64,000 nucleotides of DNA from Octopus sinensis (Eukaryota), in the NCBI RefSeq assembly GCF_006345805.1, contig NC_043004.1, positions 62,992,001 to 63,056,000 of the forward strand, given 5' to 3'. Positions 48,279 to 61,978 of this stretch are shown one piece after another; position 1 is the stretch's first letter; the number at the start of each line of letters is the position of its first letter. The position numbers and the translations under genes are program-made. Under the pieces are notes generated by a model. That model did not search any database. It was given only the letters and a program-made list of their open reading frames with translations, and had not been told where the DNA came from.

Positions 48279-48709
48279 GTGAGTATATTTATCAATGCTG
48301 CTGCATAAGTTAATTTATGTATTTAGTCCTGTTTGGCGTCCCCACAAAGAATTTGAGCCATTGTGCCCAAAATATAAAGAATATTAAATATGTATATATT
48401 TAGCTGTTTTTAACCTGCAACGAACACAAAATGCTTATCTCAATAAATATCTCAATAAATGAAATGTAGATATAAATGATTTTGCATGTGGCGAAAATGT
48501 CTTTTTTCTCAATCGAAGGATTTCGTTACCTAAACTAAACTACGAGACCATTGAAACTCTCGTAAAGAATGTTTTAAGTAAATATCTTCTGATCATAAAT
48601 TATTCTGTCCAATGTTGGTAAAACACAAATTAGGTACATGTCAGAAGCATCCCCAGTAATACCAATGTGCACACACAGATACACACACACACACGTATAC
48701 ATATACATT

Positions 48710-49094
48710 TGTTGGAAGCACTCCGTCGGTTACGACGATGAGGGTTCCGGTTGATCCGATCAACGGAACAGCCTGCTCGTGAAATTAACGTGTAAGTAGC
48801 TGAGCACTCCAGACACGTGTACCCTTAACGTAGTTCTCGGGGATATTCAACGTGACACAGAGAGTGACAAGGCCGGCCCTTTGAAATACAGGTACAACAG
48901 AAACAGGAAGTAAGAGTGAGAGAAAGTTGTGGTGAAAGAGTACAGCAGGGATCACCACCATCCCCTGCCGGAGCCTCGTGGAGCTTTAGGTATTTTCGCT
49001 CAATAAACACTCACAACGCCCGGTCTGGGAATCGAAACCGCGATCCTACGACCGCGAGTCCGCTGCTCTAACCACTGGGGCATTGCGCCTCCAC
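48710..49094 (-). mobile_element. tRNA-derived SINE family 2, tail type a
   Basis: Reverse complement GTGGAGGCGCAATGGCCCAGTGGTTAGAGCAGCGGACTCGCGGTCGTAGGATCGCGGTTTCGATTCCC (boxes A and B), followed by ~310 bp of body and tail. Confidence 0.9.
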
Positions 49095-50309
49095 TACATA
49101 TACATACATGCATACACTCAAAAGTATGGAGACGCATATTATTAGACGGGTTTATCTGTGCGGACACTGAAGTGTGTTTCAGACAAGAGTTTTTGTTGAA
49201 TACTATATAATCATTTAAATGTATCAACAGACATTATTTTGTTTCGAGAAATACGTTTTGATCTATATTTGAGTTGAGTGAGTAAAAAACCAAACTAAAA
49301 AGCAAATAAAATATATCTGAGAGTTAGTCGAACTCTTAAAACATTCTCATAGAAGTTTGGCAAAGCGGAAACGTTTAACAAGCAACATTATTGTTTAATG
49401 CACCTTAGCTCCTCAAGTGCATCCTCTATTGGACATCAGTACCAGATAGCAATGCGAAACATACGTAAAGCCTAGCGGATTTTTTGCAACTAAATCCTTC
49501 TGAGTTGAGATTCCGCAGAGGCCGACTTTGCTTTTTGTTATGTAAACGACTTACTCCTCAAATTGCTGGTCTTTTACTTAAATTGAAAACCAATGCGATG
49601 TACTTAATAACATTATGCATACAAATTTTATTTTGATGATTTTGAATACCAGAATCCGATTGCCTTTATTCAGATGAATGGAAAAACCATTTTCGTCTTC
49701 CGCGTATAATGCGCATATTGTTTTTTTATTATTAATTTTAGACTATAATATTATTAGTATCCGAAGACTAACTTAATAGATAGGTTCGGCCCTGATAGAT
49801 TGTCAAAAGGATTGTTTCTTTGACTAACACATACCAAATCATACGATTCTCTTTGTATGCCGACATCTAGATTTAAATGTAATGTGATATCAGTAAATTA
49901 AATTATATTCTAAAAAAAATCCCAGGTGAAAAATAGCAGTTGTACGGAGTTGAATTTCTGACATACAATTCCTTTATTCTTGGACTGAAAGAATGCTGTA
50001 CATAAGTACATTAATTTACTGAATCCTGGTGCCCCTAATTACAATTTACAAATAAATTTTGTACGGAATTATCTTGGTTTTTCAAACTCGTTTCACCACT
50101 AATGTAAAGGTGCAGTAGCTATGAAATGTTGTAGCGCCACTTTTAACTGATAGCTATAAACGCATCTTAATCTATGTGTTACACCTTACCGAAGATGATC
50201 ACTAAATTATAGAAATATTTCTTAGATAACAGTCACTGCTCTCATTTCGGATGTTTGTAAAGTGTGCTATAAGATCGAAGGATGAAATGTGTACTCATTT
50301 TTTTTATAG

Positions 50310-50435
50310 ACAACCAGTACCCAGGAGACGATATCACTACGAAGAAAAGAATGTCTGACAACCGTTCACTTATTAAGTGAAATATTGAACTGGATGTATA
50401 TTGAGAAAGGTTTTGATGAACAGATGAATAAGAAG
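50310..50435 (+). CDS. M13 peptidase-like exon (phase 0-0)
   Basis: ttttttatag|..|gtaaat. TTSTQETISLRRKECLTTVHLLSEILNWMYIEKGFDEQMNKK resembles neprilysin TTSETATWRRCANYV...LYVEAAF. Confidence 0.85.
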
Positions 50436-50739
50436 GTAAATATAATTTGAAATCATTCTATACGTTATATACCTAAATCTCTTCTGTATACTTATTATTA
50501 CATTAGTTCACACAGCTAGTAAAATAAGTTTAAATCCAATTATTGATAACGTTGCCATCACGAATATATATAAGGTTTGGTGACAGCGCCGTTAAAACAA
50601 CATAAAACTGAAGAAGCAAGATATTCCGACTATTTTTTTATATACGGAATTAACTGCGCTTTTCATGTTTTTGGGGACGATAAGTAATATACTAGTGAAT
50701 TAGAATGTTATAAAGAGCGATTAACGCATATCTCAAAGA

Positions 50740-50848
<109 letters not shown>

Positions 50849-51344
50849 GGTTAGTGACAGCACTCATTAGATTTTAGGCACAGAAACTATTAGGAAACCA
50901 GAAACGGCTACGTACAAAATTGACTTCACATTCAGGTAAAACCACCATGAAGGTTTCGTGATTTGGTAGGATACTACCCGACTTATACAAGTTTATCTGT
51001 AAGCGGTATAGTGCATCTCGTACGTTTCTGTAGCGTTTTTGCCTAGGTAACATAAACGTTTATGGTATGAGAAACTTTCAGATTAAATTTTTGTCCCCTA
51101 TTGCATTCTAAAAATGAGTCATATGTATGTATGCGTGCATGTATGCATGCATGTATGTATGCATGAATGTATGCATAAATGTTTGTATGCATGTATCTAT
51201 GTATGGATGGATGAATGGATGGATGGATTGATGGGTCGATGGATGTAAGCAGAGATGTATGCATGCATATATAATTGCCTAATTACTTGCATTCATACAG
51301 ATCCTATTCAGATATTTTTACTCTACCTCGTCTTTATTATTCAG

Positions 51345-51449
51345 GTTATGTCTATAATACACTATCTCATAAAAGCTACGAAATATGTATTATCAGATAT
51401 TAGCTTATTTGATGAAGAGAGTAAGAACCAAGCTTTTGATAAACTGGAG
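51345..51449 (+). CDS. M13 peptidase-like exon (phase 0-0)
   Basis: tttattattcag|..|gtaagc. VMSIIHYLIKATKYVLSDISLFDEESKNQAFDKLE resembles [33 protein letters not shown]. Confidence 0.85.
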
Positions 51450-52893
51450 GTAAGCAAAAACATTTGTACACAGAGTGATATTCTAATTATGTTTGAACAG
51501 TTATATATTAGTAAAATCGTATGGTTTGAATGACTCGATCTAGCAAATAAATTGTATAACGGTTGGAGTAGCTAAACAATGAAGAAACATTTATTTTGTT
51601 CCTCAATAATTGTACGATAAAATATTTCTATTGTCTAGTATTTAGAAAGTATCATTAGTTTTCTTTTCGCATTTATTCAGTTATCGACACTTTGTTCCTA
51701 CACACTTGTGTACCCATATTCCGGTACAGGAAAACATGGTATTTTTTGTATGATTAACATATAGTTATATGAGCGTTTCCTTCCTTCCAACCATTGCAGA
51801 TTCCACCTGAAACTTCAGATTGATAGAATTCCTTTTCAGTTGGTAGGTCAATGTCTCGAATAAAACCCTATTCTAGCCAATACATGTTACAATTGTTACT
51901 TTCCAACTAGATATAAATACTTTGAATATTTCGAAATAAATCATGGCTGTGAATGTTCTAAAACATATGAGTGTGATTTATTAACTGTTAGACCATTTGA
52001 TGAGTACACTGACAAATGCGATGATAAAATAAATGCGGATCTTGGGAGTATATAAGATCAAAGCTAGAATTCACTGTCTCTATGCCACGTATATGCATCT
52101 AAGTGTTTCACTTGTTAGTAATTTTAAACCCTTTTTTGTTATTATTTTTCCATAAACTTAAACTTAGTGGATCTTCTCGACACTATGTAGTATATTAGTT
52201 TCAATGCATTACGCAAATATAAAGCTTATATGAAAACCTGAATGCAAGGTAATATAAATAGTATTCTGGTGTGCATCAGTTGAACAATAACGACGAAACT
52301 AAACGTTTAAAACTGATAAGCATTGCAACGCAATATCTGCTTTAATATGTCGAAATGGAATATGCTCATATGAAAATAAAGAATTAAGTTGAAAATATAT
52401 CATTTAGCAATAAGTTTTTATGACAATAAAATTTTCGTAATTATGAAAATAGTTGAATAAGCATTTCAATGCAGTTAAGATGCAAATGGGAAATCTGAAT
52501 CACTATCATTATGAGATTTATGGCAAAACAATAAAACAAATTAGGCTTCGGAACCATATCCGTTAAGCAATAGAAACAATAGCAATATTCAAAATCACAT
52601 GATAGAATATGTTCATCCAAATAATTCACAATAGACAACAGTTCAAATTTTTACAGTGATTATGAATCAAATTTACAAGGATTAATAAATGACTGGCCAA
52701 AAGCAACGGTTCTTAAAATGTGATCAATGTTGAATTCTGTTTAGAAGAAAACATTTTGCATGTGATCAAAAATATAATAAACGTGCGTAAAAATCAACAC
52801 AACACATAAAACATATCGAAGAGATCATATACAGAAATAAATTATTTAAATGTGTAGGTGGGTGTCTGTCTGCGTAGTGTTATAATGCCTATG

Positions 52894-52931
<38 letters not shown>

Positions 52932-53394
52932 CGTATACACATATACGCACACAAGCATATAGAGTGTAGCTTAGGTAAAACGCAGCCATTTCCTACTGAT
53001 GCACATTTGCTTATTCCATTATTACAATCCCATATGATGTAACCTCACTTGTTCCGGCATATTATTTCAAAATACATAATAAAATCGAGAATTACTGAAA
53101 TTATGTTTACAGAATAATTGTATACAGGAAGCTGGAAAAATATTTGTGTTATTTATTCACAATTACGCATGTTTGATTTCTAATAGGAATTACAAAGTTT
53201 TGCATATTTGATAGACATACAAGGAATTTCTCCACACAGAGATATTAAAGATTACAAATTTCACATTTGGATGGAGGGATTACATTATATTAGTAGTGGA
53301 CGATTGGCGAAGGAAGAAAAGACAGGTGTATATACACATGCAAACACAAATGTATCTGCCCAGGTAGTAGTTAGCTTTGACTTCATTCGCCTCC

Positions 53395-53815
53395 TGACCC
53401 TTTTGTAGTACTCCTCCTCAATTTTTGTTTTCATTTCAGTAATGTATACTCTATTAGAGACTAATACTCCTAGATACTGATACCTCTTTCCTCCTTTCCA
53501 TTATGTTAATGTCTGGCCGTCTGATAATTGGATGCGTTCGCTATCAACTAACTGTCTCCTTCTCATAAAGTATATTGCCCACTAATCTATACCAAATTCC
53601 ATGCTTATATCTTCGCTGAGGTTTCTTACAGTCCGTAGTAAGGAATCTGTCTCTTCTTCAATTTTACTAAAAAGATTCAGATCATCCATGTAGCACAAAT
53701 GGTTAACATTTCCCTTATTATTTCTGAATTGATACCCTGGCTTTACCTTCCTTAATACTAAACTGAGGGGGATCAAACATAAGACAAATATTAAAAGGGA
53801 CAACGAGATACTCTG
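53395..53815 (-). mobile_element. Internal RT fragment of Dong-type family C
   Basis: SLLIFVLCLIPLSLVLRK..HLCYMDDLNLF; similar to 1620-1950; lacks both element ends. Confidence 0.85.
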
Positions 53816-53829
53816 GTAAGTTCCTCGTT

Positions 53830-54540
53830 TAATATTAAAATACCCTAACTCAGGGAAATGCTAGTCGCCTGACTGGTCATTTCCGGAGTAATGTAATGCC
53901 GGGTCTTATGGATGACTCCCAGAAGTACTTTACCTGGCAGTGCTATCGGATAGCTCTGCCGATTTGAAGCATTCTTTACAGGCATGGAAGTGCTGTCATA
54001 CGAATCTCTCCGATCGTGCGCAGGGCAACGAATCCGTCTTGCATGCACTCGTCCAGTGTCAGTGCATTACTGACTTGTGGAATATTGTCGAACAGATGTT
54101 GTCGAGTGTAGGACGGATCCGCTTGTCAGCTGAGTCCATCGTGAAAATCACAACGCCGCTTTCCTTTGCCCGGGAAAGAAATGCATTTTTCCCTGTCTGG
54201 TGACTATGGCAAAAGAGGTAGGGTGGTGGATGAGATTGAAAAAAAAACAGAAGACAAATAATTTGGTCTTTGGCCAAGCTTTCATCCACTGTTTCAAAGA
54301 GTAGAGAGGGTTATTCTGCGAGAATGGGCCTACTCTGATCTTTTGTTTGTAAACCGGAGGAGCTTGAGATGATGACAGGCGAATGTTGAGCTGTATATAG
54401 CAGTTGGGAACGGGCGAGTTCTTCGGTAGTCCCTGTGAGGAAGTCCTCCCTTTTGGGGAATAGTTATTGTTTGTTTTGTTAATTGTTTTTGTTACTTATT
54501 GTACACAGATTGTTCAACACCTCACTTGTCCCTTGTATTG
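53830..54540 (+). mobile_element. L1/Tx1-like LINE 3' remnant
   Basis: GC-rich block encoding ..QGNESVLHALVQC..DLWNIVEQML..AKEVGWWMR, a decayed C-terminal CCHC knuckle. Confidence 0.6.
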
Positions 54541-54554
54541 TATCATCCCTGTTT

Positions 54555-54673
54555 GTTTTGGGCGACTTTACATTTCATCCTTCTGGGATCGATAAAATAA
54601 GTACCAGTTGAACTCTGGCATCGATGTAATCGACTATCCCCACCTTCCCAAGCTGCCCTTCTGGCAAAAATTG

Positions 54674-54676
<3 letters not shown>
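54555..54676 (+). mobile_element. SINE family 3, 3' part running into (AAT)n
   Basis: TTTCATCCTTCTGGGATCGATAAAATAAGTACCAGTT..ATCGATGTAATCGACT. Confidence 0.75.

Positions 54677-54769
<93 letters not shown>
54676..54769. repeat. (AAT)n immediately followed by (ATT)n: a palindromic microsatellite
   Basis: Directly visible; junction AATAATT-ATTATT at ~54718. Confidence 0.97.
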
Positions 54770-57700
54770 TATGTTTGACTTTTGCTTTATATTTGTACAA
54801 GTTGGCTCCAAGTCTCACCCAGAGACCTCAAGAGACAACAGGGTTGGAAGTTCATGTTGTTGTTATGCCTAGTGTGCCATATATTGGGGGGGGTGTTGTA
54901 CTAATGAATGTCTAAAAAAAGTTTTTTTTTTTTGTAAACCGAAAATTATGTCTGTTTTAAACCTTGAGATTACATAGAAAGTATTTTGCGTAGGATATGA
55001 GCAGTTCCCATGAGCACTATCTTTTGAATTTGTGCCATTTTGGGGTTTCCTGGTATCTGAGTTAGGTAGCTATCAGCCCCTTTTGCTATCATTCCCAGGG
55101 CACCTATGACAACAGGTATTGTTTTAGTCTTCAGGTTCCACATTTTGCTGATTTCTATTTCAAGATCTTTATATTTGCTCAGTTTTTGGTAGGTCTTGAC
55201 AGATACGTTTATATCGATTGGGACAGTCATATCAATGAGGAAGCATGTTCTTTGTTTGAAGTCTTTCAATATGATGTCTGGCCTATTTGCATCTATCTTT
55301 CTGTCAGTTTGAATGGTGAAGTTCCAGAGAAGTGAGATGTGGTCATTTTCAAGCACTGGGGGTGGTTTGTGTTCCCACCAGTTTTTTTTCATGGGGCAGA
55401 TCCAGGTTTTTGCAGATTACCCAGTGAATATATTGTGCAGCTCTATCGTGCCTGTTGAGATATTCTGTAGGCGCTAGAAGACTGCACTTGGAGACTACAT
55501 GGTCAATGGTTTCATTTTGTTGCTTGCATACACGACATGTTGGACTGCTTCTGATCTTTAATATGTTGGCCTGGTAGTTTCTTGTTGGTAGGCATTGATC
55601 TTGAGCTGCTATGATAAACCCCTCTGTTTCAGATTTTAAGCCAGAGACCATTAGCCATTGATGGGTCAGGGCTTTGTCAACATCTGCATTATTTGCTCTA
55701 TTTGGGTATTTGCCATAGAGAGGTTTTTCTTGCCATTTATCATTCAGAATATCTAAGGCCGCAGATTTAGCACGGGTTTTCATGCGCTTAGCTTTTTCTG
55801 TGCCTGTTTCTTGTATGTCTATCTCTAATTCCGAAATTTGTTGTATTCGGAATTCACTTAGATATTCCTTTGCCTGTTTTGTTACTGAGTATGATGCTTT
55901 CTTGTTTTCATGTTTTGAGACAAGTTTTAACATCCAGTCCTCAGAGTTTTTCAGGTAGGTGTCTAGGCCAATTGTAGCAATCTTCATTGTTATTGCCAGT
56001 TTTATAAGTCCACGGCCTCCCTCTTTTCTTGGCAGATAAAGTCGTTCTGTATCTGCCTTAGGGTGGTGCATTCTATGCATTGTCAACAGTTTTCGTATTT
56101 TTCTGTCAAGATTACATATTTCAGTAATTGACCAGTTAACGATATTGAAACTGTAAGTCACGACTGGTATGGCTAATGCATTGATCGCTTCGATCCTGTT
56201 TCTTGCATTCAGCTCTGTCTTGAGTATTGCTCTCACTCTTTGATAGCATTCTCTCCTGATCCTTTCCTTCATCTCTGAATACCTTATTCCGTTCCTTTCA
56301 ATTACCCCTAGGTACTTGTAGCTCTCCGCTGGGTCTAGTTCTTTTATGACATTCTGCTGGTCGAGGTTAACGTTAGATGTTTCTGTCATTTTTCCTTTGA
56401 TAAAGGTAGCTTTTGTACATTTATCGAGGCCGAATTGCATTCTGATGTCGTCACTGAATTGTTTGACAATCGTTAGTAAGCCCTTGAGTTGTTGGTCATT
56501 TTTTGCAAAGAGCTTTAAATCATCCATGTAAATGAGATGATTTATATTTTTATCAAACATTTTATATCCGTACTGCGCGTCATTGAGCAGTTTTGAGAGA
56601 GGTATTAAGGCTAAACAGAAGAGGAGCGGTGAAAGTGAGTCACCCTGGAAAATGCCACATGAGATTTTTACATCACCAGCATTTAGAGATTCATTGCCAC
56701 TGTTCAAAGTTAGTGTGGTTCTCCATGATCTCATACTTACAGACAAAAAGTTTCGCAGAGCAGGTGCTATCTTATACATTTCTAGGCATTTATTAATCCA
56801 GCTATGTGGTAGGCTATCAAAAGCCTTTTTATAGTCTATCCAGGTTATTGATAAGTTTTTGTGTCGTTTGTGACAATCTTCTAAGATCATCTTATTGATG
56901 AGTAGTTGATCTTTACAACCGTAGGATCCACGTTTACATCCTTTCTGTTCATTAGGGAATATGCTGCTGTCTGTCAAAAAACTATAGGTATATTCCGTCA
57001 GGACAGATGTTAGTGTTTTATACATAGTTGTTAAGCAGGTTATGGGTCTATAGTTTTTGGGTTCATTTGTTTCTTCACTTTTTGGAAGCAGGAATGTTAA
57101 CCCATTAACTAGCCAAGGAGGCATCCTACTAGGGTGTTACAAAACATCATTGTAAAGTTCTGTTAGCAGTTCATGGCTCTCTGGGAAGGCATTCAACCAA
57201 ACGTTAGGGATTTTATCCTTTTCTGGAGACTTCCATTTGCTTGACCTCCTGAGAGCAGATCTTATATCTTCTACCTTGACACCCTCCCACTTTTGCCCTT
57301 CTAAGGGGTCCAGTTCTTTAGATATTCTATCACTCCAGGGGCCTTTTCGCTGTGTGTTTTTTCATCTGAATCCCTGCACTTCTTCTTTTGATGGTACAGA
57401 CTTTACAGTAACTGTTGTTTTTCCTATCTTCCTGTAAACATTTTTGGGGTTATTTTTGAACATGTTGTTGTCCCTGAAGAATCTAATACGCTTTTCATAC
57501 CTCGCTATGCGGGCAGCTTTAGCATATACCTTTTGCTTGATGGTTTCTATGGTGGCATCAATATCAAGTATAGTTTTTATATTATATTTTTTCATTAGTT
57601 TTTGGGTTTTTGCAGGTTTGGTAGTCTTATGAACCTTAAGGTTTTTCAAATATTCAATGTCAGATCTAAATAGTTTAATTTGTTGTTGCAAACGCTCTTG

Positions 57701-58797
57701 CCAAGAAGGCGTTTTGTGGAAATGTTGCCGTTTTCTAATCTTTTCACCACATAGGATCGTTGAGATTTTCGCGGATGCATAGTATAGGTGGTTGAGATCT
57801 GTGATATCAACATCATTAGCTGAAATTATATCCTTAAGTGCAAGCCGGATTTTACCAATTATTTTCATGTTTTGGTTAGATTTGCGGATTTTAGGGAGTG
57901 TATCACGCTCATCCATGCTGGTTTCTTTAATTTTCAGCCATTCAATCACGATTTGACTTTTTAGCTCATGTAGTTCTGTCGGGTCAATATTTGTGTGACT
58001 TTCTTCATCTATTTGATGTTCATCTGTCTTAGTGTTTATGATTGGTTCAGGGCGTATTTCACTTTGCCTATCACTTATACTAACTCTTTCAATCTTTACT
58101 TCGTTTTTATTAGCTCTGAGCTGGTCTATAATTATTTCCTCTGTATTATCTTCTCTAGCTGCAGCTTCGTTCATTCTATCCGTTACTGCTTGTCTAATTT
58201 GATCAATCTCTACTTCAGTCAGTAATTTTTTTTTATAATGTTTCTTCTGACGTTGGCAAGTTTGTTACTGTCTACGTAGGGTCTTACTTCAGGGTATTTC
58301 TGTCTCCAGTTTATGTAGGTTTGTATAGTGTTCGATTTATCTGTGGGGAAATATATGGCATGGCAGAAGGCTGCAAGAACTTCTTTATTATCCTCCCTAG
58401 TCCATTTTTCCTTCTTTTTCTTTTGAGTGTTTGGTGACGAGCATGGATGGCCATCTGTTGGAATATCCCAGTTGCGGGGTACGTCCAGCTCCTGTGTGTC
58501 GGGAAGATTTGATCCAGTAGCTGATTTTTCAATCAGACTTTGGTTCAATTTTCGGGTACGTGGTCTTTTGTAGTCCGCTCGCCGACCATCGCGGATTGTA
58601 GGGTGTTTTGTTGACATTGAAGCATGACGAGCTTCGACTCTTACATTAAGAGACGGATCTGTCAGTTTAGGAATTTCTGCACGTAAACATTGTTCGTAGC
58701 GCAGTTTCTTAAGGCTAGCAGATCTGTATTTTTTTGTTGATAGTTTTATCTCCGGGCATAGTTTTCCCTTTTTTTAAAGCTTATGAAAGGTTTACTC

Positions 58798-58798
<1 letters not shown>
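54770..58798 (-). mobile_element. R4/Dong-type LINE, family B, near full length
   Basis: Single-ORF layout broken by a few frameshifts or stops: N-terminus (58759/58617-57362), RT 57124-55349 (NYRPITCL, WIDYKKAFDS, GIFQGDSLSPLLF, YMDDLKLF), CCHC CRVCKQQNETIDHVVSKC, and RLE RPDIILKD..LIDMTVP (55392-54970). (ATT)n on both sides. Confidence 0.95.
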
Positions 58799-58825
<27 letters not shown>

Positions 58826-58828
<3 letters not shown>

Positions 58829-60757
58829 TAGTTTTATTTTTATGGCGTGCTTTCACTTCACTACCGAGCGCAGCTCTGTGTGCCTTGGGTATGTGCTGTG
58901 ATTTGTTGTGATGCTCTGATGGTTATTGTATGGAAAGTGTTCTGCGTAGGATGTGTGCAGTGCCTAGTAGTGCAATTTTCTGTATGTTATATGTGTTTTT
59001 AAGTCCTGGTGTTTTTGTTATGTATTTGTCTGAATATTTTTTTATCATGCCTAATGCACCTACTATGATAGGAATTGTTTCTGTTTTCAGGTTCCACATT
59101 CTAGTTATCTCTATTTCCAGGTCTTTGTATTTTGAGAGTTTCTCCATTTCTTTTAGAGACACGTTGTCATCTGCCGGTATTGATACATCAATTAGAAAGC
59201 ATTTTTTTCTTCATGATCTCTGACAACTATATCTGGTCTGTTGGCCCTAATTTCTCTATCTGTGTGTATCGGCATATCCCAGAGTATGGTTGCTTTCTCG
59301 TTTTCTGTGACCTTTTCTGGTGTGTGCCTATACCATCTTTTTTCTGTTGTTATTCCATAATGTTGGCATAGCTTCCAATATATGTAGGTTCCAACTCTGT
59401 CATGTCTGTGAATATATTCCTTCTTAGCCAGGACTGGGCAGCTAGAGATAATATGATTTATTGTTTCTTGTCCATCTCCACATATTCTGCAGTTACTTGT
59501 AATATTTCTTTTCATTACATGTTTTTGGTAATTTCTGCTGGTGTTGTGCTGCAATTAAAAATCCCTCTGTTTCTGCTTTGAGTCCTGAGCTTCTCAACCA
59601 TTGCTGGGATTTTTCTTTGTCTATTTCTTCTGCGTTTAGTTTAGTGCAGTATTTACCATGAAGGGGCTTTTCTTGCCATCGTTTTATCATGGCTCGTTGC
59701 TGTTCTATTTTTAGTTTGGATTTCATTTGTTTTATAGCTTTTGTTGTTTCTTCATCATCTTCTTCTTCTTCTTTGTGTTTATTAGGTGGTATGATTTCTT
59801 GTTTGTATTTGTCATCTTCCTTAAATACTGAGAACAGTTTTTTGTTTTGCTCGTGTTTTGCTGCTATCTGGATCAGTTTTCCTTCCTTCTGAAGTAGGTA
59901 TTTTTGCAGTCCTATGGTGGTTATTTTATAGTAGTTTCCCAGCTGTATAAGGCCTCTACCACCTTCTATACGTTGTATATATAGTCTTTCTATGTCAGAT
60001 TTTGGGTGATGCATCCTAGATCCTGTCAGTATTTTTCTTGTTTTCCTATCTATTTTGGACAGTTCATTTCGTGTCCAGTTAAGGATATTGTAGCTGTAAC
60101 TTATAACTGGGACAGCTAAAGTGTTGATACCTATTATCTTGTTTTTAGCATTGAGCCCTGTTTTTAGTATTGATCTAACTCGTCTATAATATTCTTTTTT
60201 TATTTTCTCTTTCATTTGTGTGTGTTGTGTCTTATCTAGTTCATGGATTCCTAAGTATTTGTAAGTTTGGCTTTGGTCTAATTCTTTTATTTCATTGGTT
60301 TTATCTAGTGTGATGTTGTTACTCTTAACTAGTTTTCCTCTTTTCAGGGTTACTTTGGCGCATTTTTCTAATCCAAATTTCATATCTATTTCTTTGGTAA
60401 ATCCATGAACTGTCTTTAATAGTGTTTTCAGCTGTTTGTCATTTGCAGAGTATAGTTTTAGGTCATCCATATATAAAAGGTGGCTGATCGTTTTGCCGTA
60501 ACATTTATATCCGCATCCAGTTCTATTTAGCATATCAGATAGAGGTGACAGTGCCAAGCAGAAAAGGAGTGGAGAGAGCGTGTCTCCCTGGAATATTCCT
60601 CTTCTAATGGGGATGTCTTTGGTTTTCATGAGTCCCTCTTTTGTTTGGAGGTGTAGGACTGTTTGCCATTTATTCATAGAGTGCTCTATTAATTTTATGA
60701 TTGTTGGTGCTACTTTGTTAATGGCTAGTGTTTCGAGGATCCATGTGTGGGGGATGC

Positions 60758-60758
<1 letters not shown>
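58826..60758 (-). mobile_element. Dong-type family A, 5'-truncated within RT
   Basis: ORFs 60677-59493 (GIFQGDTLSPLLF, YMDDLKLY), 59554-59192 and 59162-58923. (ATT)n on both sides. Confidence 0.95.
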
Positions 60759-60824
<66 letters not shown>

Positions 60825-61433
60825 TATTTAGTTGAAGATGCCCTGACTCCATTTATATATCGATAGCTATATACTACCAACACTATACAATACTATAACT
60901 CGTAACCTCATTGACGCACCTGGTTTATTTCGTCACCCACTAAAATTTTTGAGCTTCTCAATTCTTTACTCTTGTCATTTCCACATATTTGCTATGTAAA
61001 CATAGAGATACAAAAATCAATGGATTCACTCGATTTCACTTCCCTATTACTTTGCATTATATATCTTGCTTCCCAACATTTTTGTTTCTCTCTCCATCTC
61101 TCTCTATTTCCTGCTACTCCCCTTCAATCTCTCTCTTTCCCCCTTTTCTCTCTCGCTCTCTCTGCACATATTACATGTGTATTCATGTGTTGGTTTCATG
61201 CATCTCATTTCTTTAATGATTTACATTTTTTTCTCACTTATCTTACATCAATATACATGCATATGTATTTCCTGTTTCTATTTCCGTCCTCTTCTATTGT
61301 TTTCTTTCACTATATTTCCCCGCTTCAAATACTTGTTTTCTGGGGTTTTATTTTCACTATATTTTTTCTTCTATCTCATTCCTTCGTCGCACTCGGTATA
61401 CTTAAATCTCAAAGAAATATTTTACTTTTTCAG

Positions 61434-61505
61434 ATATTAAAGGAAAATATCTACATAGGCCCCGAACACTCAATATCGAGGAAGGAGAGGTTGATTAAGG
61501 ATTAC
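61434..61505 (+). CDS. M13 peptidase-like exon (phase 0-0), last one found in the window
   Basis: ttttactttttcag|..|gtaaat. ILKENIYIGPEHSISRKERLIKDY resembles neprilysin [23 protein letters not shown]. Confidence 0.8.
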
Positions 61506-61560
61506 GTAAATGTAAGAGACATTTTACTTATACATTTAAAAATCACGCTGACGTTTTTTT

Positions 61561-61978
61561 AGGCGCATGAGTGGTTGTGTGGTAAGTAGCTTGCTAACCA
61601 GCCACATGGTTCCGGGTTCAGTCCCACTGCGTGGCATCTTGGGCAAGGGTCTTCTGCTATAGCCCCGGGCCGACCAATGCCTTGTGAGTGGATTTGGTAG
61701 ACGGAAACTGAAAGAAGCCTGTCGTATATATATATATATATACAAGTGTGTGTGTATATGTTTGTGTGTCTGTGTTTGTCCCCCTAGCATTGCTTGACAA
61801 CCGATGCTGGTGTGTTTACATCCCCGTCACTTAGCGGTTCGGCACAAGAGACCGGTAGAATAAGTATTGGGCTTACAAAGAATAAGTCCCGGATTCGATT
61901 TGCTCGATTAAAGGCGGTGATCCAGCATGACCGCAGTAAAATGACTGAAACAAGTAAAAGAGTAAAGAGTAAAAGAGT
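61561..61978 (+). mobile_element. tRNA-derived SINE family 1, full span
   Basis: Box A-like GTGGTTGTGTGGTAAG and box B GGTTCAGTCCC; internal (AT)n/(GT)n; conserved 3' half; tail of AAAGAGT repeats. Confidence 0.9.

Noticed and set aside
48710-49094. Possible tRNA genes at the SINE heads
   Set aside because: The acceptor stems do not close, and the heads continue into SINE bodies present in several copies.
53187-53325. Open exon-like segment with AG/GT boundaries
   Set aside because: Two frames are equally open, and exons 51345-51449 and 61434-61505 join directly as in neprilysin. Kept only as a possible cassette.
60972-61562. 196-aa ORF
   Set aside because: Mostly pyrimidine-rich intron read in frame; only 61434-61505 has splice sites and M13 similarity.
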